Shown piece after piece: positions 24,272-37,800 of a DNA stretch of 64,000 nt (the stretch's first letter is position 1; every line of letters begins with the position of its first letter). The DNA lies in contig CM119271.1 in NCBI GenBank assembly GCA_051294375.1, positions 15,630,770 to 15,694,769 on the forward strand. The letters run 5' to 3'. Position numbers and translations under genes: made by a program. This stretch comes from Paraspadella gotoi. Taxonomy: Eukaryota; Animalia; Chaetognatha. Under the pieces are notes generated by a model that was given only the letters and a program-made list of their open reading frames with translations, ran no database searches and was not told the origin of the DNA.

Positions 24272-27200
24272 TTATTCAATTTCCATGATGAGATCTTGTC
24301 CTTCCAATTTCATGCCTTTTTCGGCGTGGATAGATATCACTTTCCCAGAGACCGGAGCGTTGACAACCATTTCCATTTTCATCGCCGACAAAACGGCGAT
24401 TGGTTTTCCCTTTTCGACGGAGTCACCGACTTTGACCACGACGTCGATGACGTCTCCGGGCATGGGCGCGCCCACGCTTCCGGGTACACCAACCCGCGCT
24501 TTGGGGTGAAAGGTCATTTCCTTGGCCGCTTCATTGTCGAGGATGAACAAAGATCTCAACTGCCCGTTGAGCTCGAAAAAAACTTCGCGCTGTCCGTTCT
24601 CGTTCAAATCGCCCTTGGCCAAAGTGACGATGTGAAGGATCTTTCCCTTTTCGATCTCCACGTCCATTTCCTCTGCGATGTCTGGTCCCGTTAAAAATGT
24701 GGGCGTGTCGAGACAAGTCACCGCGGTCCCGTATTTCTCTCGGAAAGTTAAATATTCTCTGGCGACGGCCGGATACATGGCGGCGCTCATGACGTCCGCT
24801 TCGGTGATTTGCTTCGCGTCGTAACTTTCCTTCAATTCTTTCTCGAGGGCGTCGAAATCGAAGGGCGCCATCGACTTGCCGGGTCGACCGCTCACCCGCG
24901 GCTTATCCTTCAGAACTTTGCTTCTCAAAGGCTCAGGGAATCCGCCGACGGGTTCGCCCAAATAGCCTTGAAGAAATTCCACGACTGAAGAAGGAAACGA
25001 AAGCTCTTCCGCTCTGGCGAGAACGTCCTTCGAGCTCAGTTTATTCTGGACCATAAATTGGGCGAAATCGCCCACGACTTTTGAAGATGGAGTCACTTTG
25101 ACTAAATCTCCCAAGAGAAGATTCGCTTCGATGTAAGACTTTTTCACTTCCTCAAACTGCTCGCCTAATCCCAAGGAATAAGCTTGGAACTGCATGTTGG
25201 TATATTGTCCGCCGGGAATCTCGTGCTTGTAAACGTCGGCGTTGCCCGACTTCATGGTGACGCAGCATTCGAAGGGACCGTATAATTGGCGCGCTTGTTC
25301 CCAGTAAGCGGAATAGGCGGACACGTCGTCCAGAGAGATTTGGGTGTCGCGCGGTGTTCTTTGCAACGAAGCCACCAACGCCCCCATCGACGGTTGCGAC
25401 GTCATTCCGCTCATAGAATCCACGGCGACGTCGACAATGTCGGCACCCGCTTCGGCACAGGCCAGCATGGAGGCGACGCCGCTGCCGGAAGTGTCGTGGG
25501 TATGGACGTGGATGGGAACATCGGGATATTCCTTCCGAAGGGCGCCGATGAGCATCTTGGCGGCGGAAGGTTTGAGGAGACCAGCCATGTCCTTCACGCC
25601 GAGAAAGTGCGTTCCCGATTTGACGAGAACGTCCGCCATTTTCATGTAATAATCCAGGGTGTACTTGGTCTTCTTAGGATCGGAGACGTCGCCAGAATAA
25701 GACATGGCCGCTTCGGCGATGCCACCAGCCTTGCAGACGGCCTCGATGCCCAGCTCCATGTTGGGAAGATAATTGAGGGAATCGAAAATACGGAAAACGT
25801 CCATTCCATGATCGACGGACATTTGGCAAAACTTGAAGATGACGTTGTCTGGATAAGAGGTGTAGCCGACGGCGTTGGCTCCGCGAAGAAGCATTTGAAA
25901 AGGAATGTTGGGAACGAGTTCCCTTAATTGAGCGAGACGCTCCCACGGGCATTCGTGGAGAAACCGCATGGCGACGTCGAAAGTGGCGCCGCCCCAATTT
26001 TCCAAGGAGAACAAATCGGACATGTGATGAGAGAGGAAAGGCGCGATCCGTTTTAAATCGTAGGTCCTCACTCGAGTTGCGAGGAGCGACTGATGGGCAT
26101 CGCGGGAAGTCGTGTCGGTAAGAAGGAGACGATCGGTAGCCCGAACGGCACGGGCGAGAGCCTCGGGTCCTTGTTCTTTGTAAATATTTCGAAAGCCCTT
26201 GGGAGGAGCGGGGAGCGTCTCTGCGTTATTCGAGATGTTTTCTTCTTCCGGGTTAATCGGACCCGAGGGTCGCTTGGGCGGCGGCCGACCCGCCACGGCC
26301 GGCACCGCCGGAACGATCTTGGCCGGAGGGACGTTAGTGGCCAGGGGCGTTGATGGACCGTTGACCATGACCTCTCCTAGATAGTAGAGCAATCGCTGAG
26401 CTCTATTCTGCGACGGTTCCATGTGAAACAATTGAGGATTCTCGTCGATGAAGTGAGTATCGACGACGCCGCTGAGAAACTGCGGATGTTGGAGGACGTT
26501 GAGGACGAAAGGAATGTTGGTCTTCACCCCTCGAATACGAAATTCTCGCAAGGCGCGATTCAATTTGGCGCAAGCCTCTTGGTGCGTCCTTCCCTTGGCG
26601 ATCAGCTTGACCAAGAGGGAATCGTAGTAAGGAGAGACGACGGCTCCGGCGAAGGCTGAGGCCGAGTCGATGCGAATCCCCATCCCTTCTCCCGAACGGA
26701 AGACCTCGATCCTCCCCGTGTCCGGTTGAAAGTTTTTGGTGGAATCTTCGGTGGTCATTCTGCATTGGATGGCGCAACCGTTGATTTTGATATCGTTTTG
26801 ACGAAGATTCAATTCCTCCAAGGAGTGACCTTCGGCGACGCGAATCTGTGTCTGCACGAGATCGATTCCCGTCACTTCCTCCGTCACCGTGTGCTCCACC
26901 TGCAATCGGGCGTTGACTTCGATGAAAAAGTAGTCGCCCTTGCTGTCGACGAGAAATTCCACCGTGCCGGCGTTGTGATATTTCACGTGATTAGCGAGCT
27001 TGAGAGAATCTGCCAAGACCTTTTCGCGGACTTCCTTGGGGAAGATCGGCGCCGGGGCGATCTCGATTACTTTCTGATGACGCCGCTGGACGGAACAGTC
27101 TCTCTCGTACAAATGAATGATGTTGCCATGTTTGTCTCCCATAAGTTGAACCTCGATATGACGAGGTCGTTCGATAAATCGTTCGATGAACATTGAACCG

Positions 27201-27967
27201 TCGCCGAATGCCGCCAGCGCTTCGGACGAAGCGCGTTTGAAACTATCCTCCAACTCGTCGGCGGATTTAACAATCCTCATTCCGCGTCCTCCGCCGCCGT
27301 AGGCTGCCTTCAACATTATCGGGAAGCCCGATTCTTTGCAGAAAGCGACGGCTTCGGCCGCCGACTTGATCGGGCCGTCGGAACCGGGAATGACGGGCAC
27401 GCCCGCTTCGATGGCCGCCAATCTCGCCTGGACCTTGTCACCCATCCTGGCCATCGTGCCCGAAGTGGGACCGATGAAACTCATTCCTGCATCCTCGACG
27501 GCGCGGCAAAAGTCGGATCGTTCGGAGAGAAATCCGTAACCGGGATGAATGGCGTCGACGTTTTGCGATTTGGCCAACTCGACGATCTCCGGAATGTTGA
27601 GATAAGCTTCGACGGGCTTCAACCCTTTGCCCACGATGTAGGCCTCGTCGGCCTTGACCCTGTGGATCTGGCGTTGGTCTTGTTCGGAATAGATGGCCAC
27701 TGACCTAATGCCCAATTCGGTGCAGGCGCGAAAGACTCGCGTCGCGATTTCTCCCCGATTGGCAACGAGTAATTTTCTGATCGGCTCAATCTTCCCGGAG
27801 GCATTTCGAACGTGGTTAACAGAGACTCTTTGATCGGATTTTAAAAGCCAGCGATGTCCCGTTAAAAACAAGTGTGGTCTCTTACAATTTACTGATTGCC
27901 ACTCGTGAACACTAAGTAATACAGGATTGGACACAGCCCGAGATCGAACTACGTCCAGTAGAGGCAT
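24272..27967 (-). CDS. PC: Pyruvate carboxylase, mitochondrial precursor (single coding exon)
   Basis: About 1,231-aa ORF: [31 protein letters not shown] (biotin carboxylase); [26 protein letters not shown] (carboxyltransferase); SAMKME biotin site. Confidence 0.98.
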   Translation of the reverse strand: MPLLDVVRSRAVSNPVLLSVHEWQSVNCKRPHLFLTGHRWLLKSDQRVSVNHVRNASGKIEPIRKLLVANRGEIATRVFRACTELGIRSVAIYSEQDQRQIHRVKADEAYIVGKGLKPVEAYLNIPEIVELAKSQNVDAIHPGYGFLSERSDFCRAVEDAGMSFIGPTSGTMARMGDKVQARLAAIEAGVPVIPGSDGPIKSAAEAVAFCKESGFPIMLKAAYGGGGRGMRIVKSADELEDSFKRASSEALAAFGDGSMFIERFIERPRHIEVQLMGDKHGNIIHLYERDCSVQRRHQKVIEIAPAPIFPKEVREKVLADSLKLANHVKYHNAGTVEFLVDSKGDYFFIEVNARLQVEHTVTEEVTGIDLVQTQIRVAEGHSLEELNLRQNDIKINGCAIQCRMTTEDSTKNFQPDTGRIEVFRSGEGMGIRIDSASAFAGAVVSPYYDSLLVKLIAKGRTHQEACAKLNRALREFRIRGVKTNIPFVLNVLQHPQFLSGVVDTHFIDENPQLFHMEPSQNRAQRLLYYLGEVMVNGPSTPLATNVPPAKIVPAVPAVAGRPPPKRPSGPINPEEENISNNAETLPAPPKGFRNIYKEQGPEALARAVRATDRLLLTDTTSRDAHQSLLATRVRTYDLKRIAPFLSHHMSDLFSLENWGGATFDVAMRFLHECPWERLAQLRELVPNIPFQMLLRGANAVGYTSYPDNVIFKFCQMSVDHGMDVFRIFDSLNYLPNMELGIEAVCKAGGIAEAAMSYSGDVSDPKKTKYTLDYYMKMADVLVKSGTHFLGVKDMAGLLKPSAAKMLIGALRKEYPDVPIHVHTHDTSGSGVASMLACAEAGADIVDVAVDSMSGMTSQPSMGALVASLQRTPRDTQISLDDVSAYSAYWEQARQLYGPFECCVTMKSGNADVYKHEIPGGQYTNMQFQAYSLGLGEQFEEVKKSYIEANLLLGDLVKVTPSSKVVGDFAQFMVQNKLSSKDVLARAEELSFPSSVVEFLQGYLGEPVGGFPEPLRSKVLKDKPRVSGRPGKSMAPFDFDALEKELKESYDAKQITEADVMSAAMYPAVAREYLTFREKYGTAVTCLDTPTFLTGPDIAEEMDVEIEKGKILHIVTLAKGDLNENGQREVFFELNGQLRSLFILDNEAAKEMTFHPKARVGVPGSVGAPMPGDVIDVVVKVGDSVEKGKPIAVLSAMKMEMVVNAPVSGKVISIHAEKGMKLEGQDLIMEIE

Positions 27968-28531
27968 CTTCAAAGGTTCCGTATTAATAAATAGCTACTC
28001 TAAACTGGCTCTAGAAAATAATAATAATAAAAAAAAATATATAGATCGTCTCCAAAATTTCGTTTAAAAAAAAATTTAAAAGTAGCGATAACAAGTTCTC
28101 TACAAAGATGTAGCGAAACCGAAGAGAAAAAAAAAACGATTAAAATAACTAGACGGATGCAGCAAGGGAAAAAATAATTATAACAATTCCATGATAAAAA
28201 ATTGATTCGTTGAAAGTTCTGGTACAATTAGCAAATTTCAAGGCGTTTTTGTTCAATTTAATCATCCAATGTTCAACCAGACCAAGACATCCTCACGATT
28301 CTTCCAAGCAAAACAACTTCTCTCTCATCTTAATGACAATCTTTTTTTTCGGATAATCGTTCATAATTATTAAATAAACCATTAGAAATTTAAAATTTAA
28401 CACAGTTTTTTTCGGCATCCCAAGTTCGTCGCCAAAGGCGGGTTTCGCAGTTTTGCCAATCGTTCACCTTCATCGTTTAATCACAGAGAGAGAAGAATCG
28501 TAGTGAATAAATCTTCAAATGCTTTCAACTA

Positions 28532-28740
28532 TCATTTAGCAAAGGGCCCCTTTTTCCCTTCGCGCTTCTTCCCTTGACCGTTGGCCGCCGGGAGAGCGTA
28601 AGAGTCGGAAAGATTTCCGAAAAGAATTTTCGCTTTTTCCTCCTCCGAAGTTTCTTTCTCCACGTTTTGTTTCACGCCTGAGGAAAAAAAAAAAACAATT
28701 TAAATAATTAAATAGATCAATCAAATACAATCGATCAAAT

Positions 28741-28832
<92 letters not shown>

Positions 28833-31800
28833 GATGAGTTGCCGCGGGATCTGCGTGAGGACGCTCTTGATCGAGTCCTTCCTCACGGCGCGGACGAGAT
28901 CCAGCCAGGTCCACGTCATGTTGTGATACTCGATCGTCGGAATCACGAATTTCCAGTTGTTGATGTTGGGCGGTGCCACGCCCACTCGTCCTTCCTTTTC
29001 ACCCTTGAAACTGACCCGAACTTCCACATCCGGGATCTTGATGTGGAGAAACGTCTTATTCTGTTCCGCCCTCAACTTCATCTCGTCGATAAAGTCCGGG
29101 TTGGCGGAGACGGCTTTGCCGTGCTGAGACTTGGCGCGGCGGGGGTGCGGCACCGGAAGCGGTGGCGCCAGCGCGGGGCCGGATGGCGCCGTGGATGAAC
29201 ACTCGGAGTAAACGGATTCCGTGTCGTCGTCGTGGGCGGCGGAGGGAGAATCCGATGAGTCGGCGTCTGGGAAATAGAAGGGCGAGAATGATTTAATATT
29301 TATTAAATTTAACTAATTTAAGATTTCATTATTTTAAAATGACCGTAATTCCCCCCCACCTGTCTCCCCCGCATTCGCCGCAGCCGCTGCCGCAGCGGAC
29401 GCCCCAGCTCCGCCGGTCTCCTTGACCTTCTTCATCCCTCGATGCGGAAAGAAGAAATCCATGATTTTATCGTAGAATTCTTTCTGCACGTGGACGACGA
29501 GCGGCATGACGTTAATCTCGAAATGTTCCTTGACCGGGATGCCGCCCACGGGCGCCCGCTCTTTGAGGAAAAAGCGGAAGACAGAGGAGGCGGAACCGGC
29601 TTCCCGCTCGGGCTCGAGAACGTCCCTGTGGGGGGAGGCGAAGGAGAAATTAGTTCTTGGAAATTTTGAATTAATTTCAATTTTGTAGTAGTTTGGTTTA
29701 CTTCAAGCATATGCAGAACTCGTGGTTCAACGAAAATGAGAATACCCGGTTTGAGAAATTTATAAGTCGGCCAATAATATTTTTGATTGGTTTAAATTAC
29801 TCACTCATATTCACAAAACATCGCATAAAAACGCCCTTGATGTAAGGCAGTTTTATGATAAATACATATTATTACATTTAGTATCAATCACGCTCATGAA
29901 GAAATATATAATGAACGTTTCTCAGTTACGATTTCCGAAATATTTAATACAACATGGTCTATTGACCAAATGGCACATTAATCACAACTCCCTGGCGAAA
30001 TTCTTCGCCCAAACCGTCTCTTCGAAAAATGACCTGTAGATGGTGTTGCTGTAGGCCGGGAGACAATTCTCGATCTTAACGTGACCGAGTTCGATATCGT
30101 GTTCGCCCGAATCGTTGTCTTTGTTGACGCGCGTGTAAAGAAACTTGCGGAGGTGAATTTTGGCCGTGTAGAGTTGCCCGTCCTTTTCGTTGAGTTTCCA
30201 GGTGGCGTGCTGGAAGGAGACTTCCGTTCGGCGGACCACCTCGGCCGGCGTCTCTGCGTAGCTGAAAGGAGGGGGATGGTGGTTATAACAACGAAGATTC
30301 ACTTTAGTTAAAATAAGAAACATTTGACGAACCGTTTACGTCCGGACACGGAGCGCGCACGCTCTGCCCGTTCTTGCAGCAGACGATGCTCTTTGAAGCA
30401 AAGGATCATCGCGCGGAGTTCTTCTGTGTCTCCCATGAGGCCGCGTTTGCATTCGTTGACGCGGTTCTCTAATCTCGCCGCCTCCTGCATAGAGAGAACA
30501 AAAAAAAAGTTTAAAACTACAAATAATATCATGTTATGGCAACGAGGAGATGTGTGATGCCCGGGGTGTGAGTTATCTCCCGACAGCTGGCGCTCAGGGC
30601 TTTGGACCTGCAGTGACCACCCCATGTCACTGCCGTGTTTATGCCAATACCATCACACTTAACCAGCATGACCGTGAGGAGATTGAACCTCGGAACTCAC
30701 GGTTGGTGAATGAGTACTTAGTTTTCCAAGCCAATGGGACGAGCAGAGTTTCACCAAGCTATACGAGAGGCGTGATGAGCGGAATTAATTGTAGAGAGCT
30801 CACCTCGATTCAGCTTGAAACGAATTGAGGATTGGCCACAATGTAATATTTAATACGTCCGTCTTGCCTGATTCAACTCGGGATCCGTCGAAGCCTCGTC
30901 CAACTTCCGATGCACAAAATAAAGATCGCGTTCCAACTGACGCAAGACGCTGATCTGAGTGCGGACGTGGTTCTGCCGCTTGAGGATGGGCTTCTTCTGG
31001 TCAGCGAGGGTCACCATCGTGGCGAAGAGGCGCTGCTTAAGGAGTTTGGCGTTGGCTTCCTGAGAAGGGAGACGTTAGGTGATGGTGAATGACGAGCTTT
31101 CGAGATGTATAATTGTATATGACTACTTTATGTAATATGTATACATTGTGATAATTCTGGCTGAATTAATTCGATTTGCATATCATCAACGGAATGGACC
31201 TATAAACGGACTTGGTTGGCCTAGTGATGTGATTGCTCGTCTCCTTCACGAATCATCAGAATGCCGACGAATCACAGACCTTACTTCAACCTTAGATTGA
31301 CCAATGACCGACAGAGGAACCGACGGAGGGATTGATGGTCAAAATTGCTAAGAGAACTCTAGGCATTCACCTCTACACCCAAACTCAAGAAAGAACTCTT
31401 CTTCAAATAATTATTGAACCATTTAATATTGTCATCACCTTTGTCTTAACCTTTGTTATCGTGTCATCGTTACCTATGTCATCACCCTAATCATTGTCCG
31501 TCATTAATAAACTATTGTCAGCCAAATACTTTGCCACTTATTAATTACCCACGTTATTTGGCTAAACGTCAACGATATGGCGGTCATTTTTAGATAATTC
31601 GAAATTCAAAATTTTGATGGAATAAACATTATTGAATGATTAAAATTTCACTGCGACCTTGAAAATCATAGGTCGAATAAATAAAAAGAATAAGATTAAT
31701 ATAAAAAAGAGCAGAAAAATAATTTTAATAAGAAATTTTAAACTTTTATTAAAAATTTTTTCCAGCGAAAAGTAATAGAATATCTGTAAGCTATCTTGTC

Positions 31801-34800
31801 TCTGACCTTAGTGTGCGGCGCAACGTAGAGAAGGACGTTATTAAGAATATCGAGTACGAGGTGGAACTGGTAAGTGTTGGTGACCACATTGAGATCATGG
31901 TGGCAGACGGTCAGGGTGGGTTCGTCAACAACAGCCTCACCCGAGATTCCCTTGTGGAAGAGTTGGTCGTCTTCCTGCACGAGGAAGAAAAGAAAATGAA
32001 AAAGAAGGAGGGGGCCTTTCGTTGTCCTCCGTTGGCCACACACCTGAACCTGCGGGGGCGCGTTATCGTTGTGACCCACTTCCGCCATGTTGGAATAAGT
32101 CACGTAGTAAATCTGACAGCCGCAGCGGGAGATGATCCGCTGCAGCTGCGCCTTGGATTCCGCTTCGCCGCCGACGCCGCCGCAGCCGATTCCCACTGTG
32201 TCTGATAGGACGCCGCCCGCTTCCCTAACATCAAAATTATAATTTAATATAATTGATACGAATTTTTCGGTTTTATGTATAATTAATGCCAAATAAAATC
32301 AATTCTCGCTCACACCTCCCGCTTCCGGGAATGGCGACGCCGTCGGCCGGCGTGGCCAAATTCAACTCCCCAACGGGATCCTCGATGACTTCCTTGGAGA
32401 CCCACTCGACATTCTCGTCGTTGGCGGCGGCGCAACTGTCTTCGCCGCGAGGTGGACTCACGGTGGCAAAGTATTGCATCCCTTCCAGACTTGCGCTCCA
32501 CCCGCTCTTGGAGCGAAGCTCCTGTTATTTTGGAAAGGGTGAGGCTTCAATATCGACTACGATGCAATGGTGTTCCCCGAATCCAAATACCTGGTTCTTC
32601 CACACGGAGCGGTGGGCGTTCTGCTCGATAACCGCATTGGCGAAACCGACGATGAGATGGCCGGGTTCGTCGCGACCCTTGAGCATGATCTGGCTGTTGT
32701 GGAACTCGATGCGACACACCTTGTCCACCACGTCGTCCAATTTGACGGCGAGTTTGAGACCCTGAAGATTCTCGGTGGCCTCGTTGACGTCCTGCTTGTC
32801 CTCGCAATGCGCCCAAGGTCTCGTCTCTATTTCCGTCTTTTCCAAAATCTTCATCATCTCGCTGTGAGCGGCCATCGTGAACTGGGTCATGGGCGAAGGG
32901 CGTGGCTCCCGTTTGGGTCGCTTGGTCGCCGGCGTCGTCGTGCCCTTTTCGTCCTTTTTATCGTCTTTCTTGTCGTCGACTTTGACAGTCTTCAAGGCGT
33001 CCGTCGAGAGGCAGATCTTGAGAGTCTGGGCGCGACGGTAGGCCTCGTGGAGTCCGTAGATGATGTCGCGGTTGGTCACGTTCCAAGATCCCTGAATGAA
33101 AAGTGACATGTGATCAGGAATTGTAGAAATCAGAAACCCAAAGACTCAAACTAACAAATCCACGCCAACCTTGAGGTCTATAATGAGCAAGCGATGGAAA
33201 GGCTCTTTGCTCTTATACAATCTCTCTCTGGCCGCCGCCGACGACGCGGCGGCCGACTCCAACTCGTCCGGCGTTTCCGGCACAGGTTCGTCGGCGTCCG
33301 GATGAGGAGAGTCGGCACGGAGACCTTCGTCGCCGGCGAGGAGAGAATCGTGGCTCTTGGAGGAAGAAGGGGCGGCGCTAGGAGGGCTTGCAGTGCCGGG
33401 GTCGGCGGCGCGGCGCTCGTAGGAGATCCGCTGCAGACGTAGAAAGAATTTGCGGTCGACGGCGCCGCGATTGACGGCCTCCACGTTGAGGCCAGACTTG
33501 GTCTTGGCCCGCGCTGAACAAAGGCGGACCCAAACGTCTTCGAGGGAAGCCTGAGAAGGAACTTGCATAATAAACAACTTGCGCAGAGAAGAAAGCTAAA
33601 AACGATAGAAGCTCGTTATGAGAAATCTTGGCCTTCCTTTTTCAATTATTAGATTTATTAAACTTGAGGATTATTGAAGGCGTAAAGAAAATAGAGGGAA
33701 AATCCTATTTCGCGGAGAGTCGAAACGAGAGAATGCGTCGCGAGACAAAATATACGGAGGGGACGGCGAGCTAAATCCTTCTCTGTTAAGGATACGAGTT
33801 TATTCATTAATAATTAATATTCATTGTTTATTCACATTTGATTCATTAGTGTTTCCCTTCGTGTTTATGAAACAAAACAACAAAAATTACAATTGCTTTA
33901 AATCTATGCTCCCTGGCCTTCTAACCTGCCACGACGTGATCTCCCAGGCAGAGATGGGGCGACGAATCAGACCATCGTCCTCGCCACCACCGCTTCCGCC
34001 GTCACCGCCGCTCCGGCCGAGGCCCAGCCGCTGCTCGAATCGGTTCCAGCTGCGAAAGACACGACTCTGCATCTCGACCCCGTACTGTTTAGCGTAAGAA
34101 GCCCAGTAGCGGAAAAAAAACTTGTGAAAGTTGATGTTGCAGTGAACCTGGAGAAGAAATATAAAAGTTGAACTTTTGATTCATTTGGAAAATGAGATCG
34201 AGTTCGTCAATTTCATTTGCATATAGTAGTGTTGACGTCGAATAAAAATTAAGTCACCACTTGTGTCATTTCATGATTTAAAATAGTAAATTCACCTTCG
34301 TCATTAGAATAGCAAATGATGAACATGATAGTTAAAGAGTTGGGGACATTTAGCATTTAATTAATAATTAATACTTATGGAACGAGTGTATTGACACAAC
34401 AATAACCTTGGTCACGTGACGTCCGAAGGGCTGCTTCCGCCTGTCGACGCCCTTAAACAGCTTGCCCTTCCTGATCGGACGCGACACCGTGGACGCGATC
34501 TGGCGGAAATCCTTCAGCCAGCGCAGCGTCGACGCGTAAAGCAGCACTGTGGGGGCGTCGTCGACGGGCGGAACCGGACGTCCGCCGCGGCTGCCGCGGC
34601 TGCTGCGGCGCGGCGTCTTTGGAGCCAACTGTAGGATAAATATCAGAGGGCAATTGCGGTAAAAGTAATTTGTCTAAGGAACAAACTATTTTTTTAAAAA
34701 ATAATATCATTCATAAAATATAAAAATAGAAAATAGTGAAACAAGTAATTTGCAAATTTTCATAATGTAGCGTACGAAAATGATGAGTGAAGACGAAGGA

Positions 34801-37800
34801 TATCGTAGACCACATAATATATTTTCCATGAGGAAAAGGCAAACGTACAAAAGGATCGAATATCGACGAATGCGAAAATCTCTATCGGCGAGAGAGGAAG
34901 AGGATAGAGAAGAGGAGAATAGGAGAGAGGAAGATCGAGAGAGATCGCCGGATACTACAATAAACTAAACTTTAGATATTTTGATTTATCTATAACACTT
35001 GTCCCCATTCTAAAATACAAACCGTTAAAAGAAGACATTATTAATCTTAATACTTACATAAATAAATCTTAAATTTTACAGCAATAAAAGATAATCTAAC
35101 ATATTAGAACAAGTAATTTTGTAGTTTACAAATAAAACTGACATCCCCCCCCCCTCACCGTCTTAAAATCGAAGGTCATCTCGAGATTGTCAGAGCGAAA
35201 AGCGCGGAATGAATCGTGCGAAGAAGCGCGGGTGACGTCGTGAACTCGATCGGGCGCCGTCGCCGCCACCAAGTGGTGGTCGTTGGGGTTGCCACCTGGG
35301 CAGTGCCAGTCCAGGCGCACCTCCAGTCGCAGGTGCGGGACGTGGAGCAAGTGGCAGTCGTCGTACTTGGAGGCGGTGCGGACGAAGACGTCGAGGAATC
35401 CGCGGAAGGCGATTTGACCGTTGGTCCAGTCGAGAATGGCCGGGATTTGAGGCGGGGAAGATGGGGTTGGTGGAGCGGACGGGGCTGCGGAATATTAAGG
35501 GAAAGGTAAGATTAAAAGTGAAACTTACCTCACTAAAAAACACGTTTAAATTACCCACCTCCTCCTCCACCTCCAAGCCCCTGCCAATTCCCGCTTCCTC
35601 CAGAGGCGACGACGTGACCTCCCGACCAGACGAGATCCAACATCTCCGTCTGATTGTAAGGATCGAGAGAAGTCAAGTAAGAGAACTTGTATATGCATTT
35701 GGTGGAAAGAGTCAGACGCCCGTGGAGGAAGAGACGCAGTTTGTCCCAAAATGGCAACGGCGGCGATGGGTCGACGGATGGCGCAGAGATGTGGTCAAAG
35801 GCGGCCCCCACTTCCGCCAGCGCCGGGTCCCAGCAAGGGCCGTGGGCGAAGAAGACGGAATCCATCTCTCCGTTGAGGTCGTGGTAGAATTTGAGGGGAC
35901 ACATGGAACGGGTCACCTCGTGGGAAGTCCAAGGAGGCTCTGGTTTTTGGGAGGAGGAGAGGTCTCTCTCTTAATTTAACATTCAAGTTGTTTCATAATT
36001 ATCCCGAGCCTCTGTCCTCACCGAGTTCGACCAAAGAACGGCGCACGGATCGCCACTGCGGCGCGATCTCCGCCCCGCACAACCGACCGACCACGAAGCC
36101 CGATTTCATTTCTAGAAGGGGCTGTGGGTAATCCCTCAGCCGCACTGTGGTCTCCTTAAAGGTGGCGTGGACGTAGCGGCACCAGAGAGTGGAGAACTCG
36201 AGGTTGTCGGGAAAGGGAGATTCGACGTCGATAACCTTGGGGGCGTAGGAAAGAACAAAGCATGAACCGACAAATGAATTCACCCACGCAACCATTCCAT
36301 CAAAAATCGATACCAGGAAAGTTAGGAAGAAGGACGCCGACTTACCTTCATGGCAGCGACGACGGCGTCGCGGCCGTGAATGGAAGTGTCGGTGAGCGCG
36401 GTGACTTCCACGCCGCGTCCCACGATGGAGACTAGAGACTCGCGTCCGGCGCCGGAACTCGATTGGTCGTAGAGTTTCCGGCTCCGTTGAACGTAGATAG
36501 AGGCGTTGCGGGCCGAGAGTTTCTAAGATTAAATATTACATTAAATAACGATAAATAAATTATTTATGCTTCTCGACCGCTTTTACCTGCCACAGCTCGT
36601 CGACTTGCGCCTTGTTGAGCGCCTTCTCACCGCCGACTCCGATCCCTATACCGATCGGTCCGCCGCGAGTCATTCGATCCGAGATGCGATCCTCCAGTTT
36701 TTGGCGTCGGACTTGAGCCTCTTTGAACTCGTCGCTGAATTAGATGAATGAATACAATGAATGAATGTAGTCAATAAAACGGATGGATAAAACCAAAAAC
36801 TACAATCGACTAACATAGACACACCTCAATAAATCGTAGTTGTTGAGTAGTTTGACTTCGAAAGGATCGCAGGTCAACTGAATCCGGAATCCGTCGGTAA
36901 TTTTGATGTTGAGATCCGGAGGCAACGGCGTTTCGGCCACGAAGGGTTTCGGACGGATTTCGTGTATCGCCTTTAGTTGGAAAGAATGATTTTGTCTGAT
37001 TTGTGAATGACGATCTTTATTCAAGGAGTTAATCCATCTCCTATTTAATAATTAATTTATTTTGGAGCAATAGGGATAAAACGGTTTCGGTTTCTCTTAG
37101 AAATTATTCTTCTACGACCAATAAGGTAGATTACAGTCTAAGATTATTATCACCAAAAGCAGAGCCTACATTACAAAAGCCTCACAATTGCAACTGTCGT
37201 TACTTCCCTTACCTTCAACCACTTGATGGTATTGACGGCTTCTTCCTTCATTCCGTCAAAGTCGAACTGAAAAGGAAAGATGAAGTCGAAGGATTCCATC
37301 TCGACGCCGAGGAGTCGATTGACAGGCGACTTGAGGTCGAAGAAGGCGTCTTGATCTCCGCCGGCCACGCCTCCGGCGCCGCGCATCTTGGCGCTGGCGG
37401 CGACGAAAGAGATCCGCGGCCGCCGCACCACCGCCACATCTTCGTGATCGTCCAGCGCCACCACGACTTCCGGCGCGAGAACGAGGAGGTCAGCGGCGCC
37501 GCCGGAGATGGAGAGTTCCGGCGCTGAGAATTTCAATCGGCGCCGGAGAGAGACGAAGAGGGTGACGACGAGCGGCGCCGAGACGGAGACGTTCAATTTT
37601 AAATCAGACTTCGGCGTCTGCGGCGGCGTCTTTCCGTCCAACGCCGCTTCCTCGGCCCCTCGAGCCGGTCGCAACGCCCTGAAAGCGTTGCTCGCTTCCT
37701 CGGCCACAGATTTGACCGTTAGATGCAGAGCGTGGCACCAACAGAAAACGACTCCGGCGGAGACTTCGGCGGAGACGGTGGTGGCGCCGTCGGCCGTCGT

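Noticed and set aside
24272-27967. Bacterial horizontal transfer or contamination for the intronless pyruvate carboxylase
   Set aside because: It has an N-terminal presequence-like extension, animal-type motifs ([23 protein letters not shown]) and codon style similar to neighbouring exons.
28536-29153. ORF-track proteins with (ER)n runs, also 3962-4561
   Set aside because: Artefacts of reading through intronic GA microsatellites.
30670-30745. Functional tRNA gene
   Set aside because: Boxes are degenerate, I could not fold a convincing cloverleaf, and it runs into a repeat body, so a SINE head fits better.
31205-31260. A-box-like GGTTGGCCTAGTG suggesting a tRNA or SINE
   Set aside because: No B-box or second copy seen; too little evidence.
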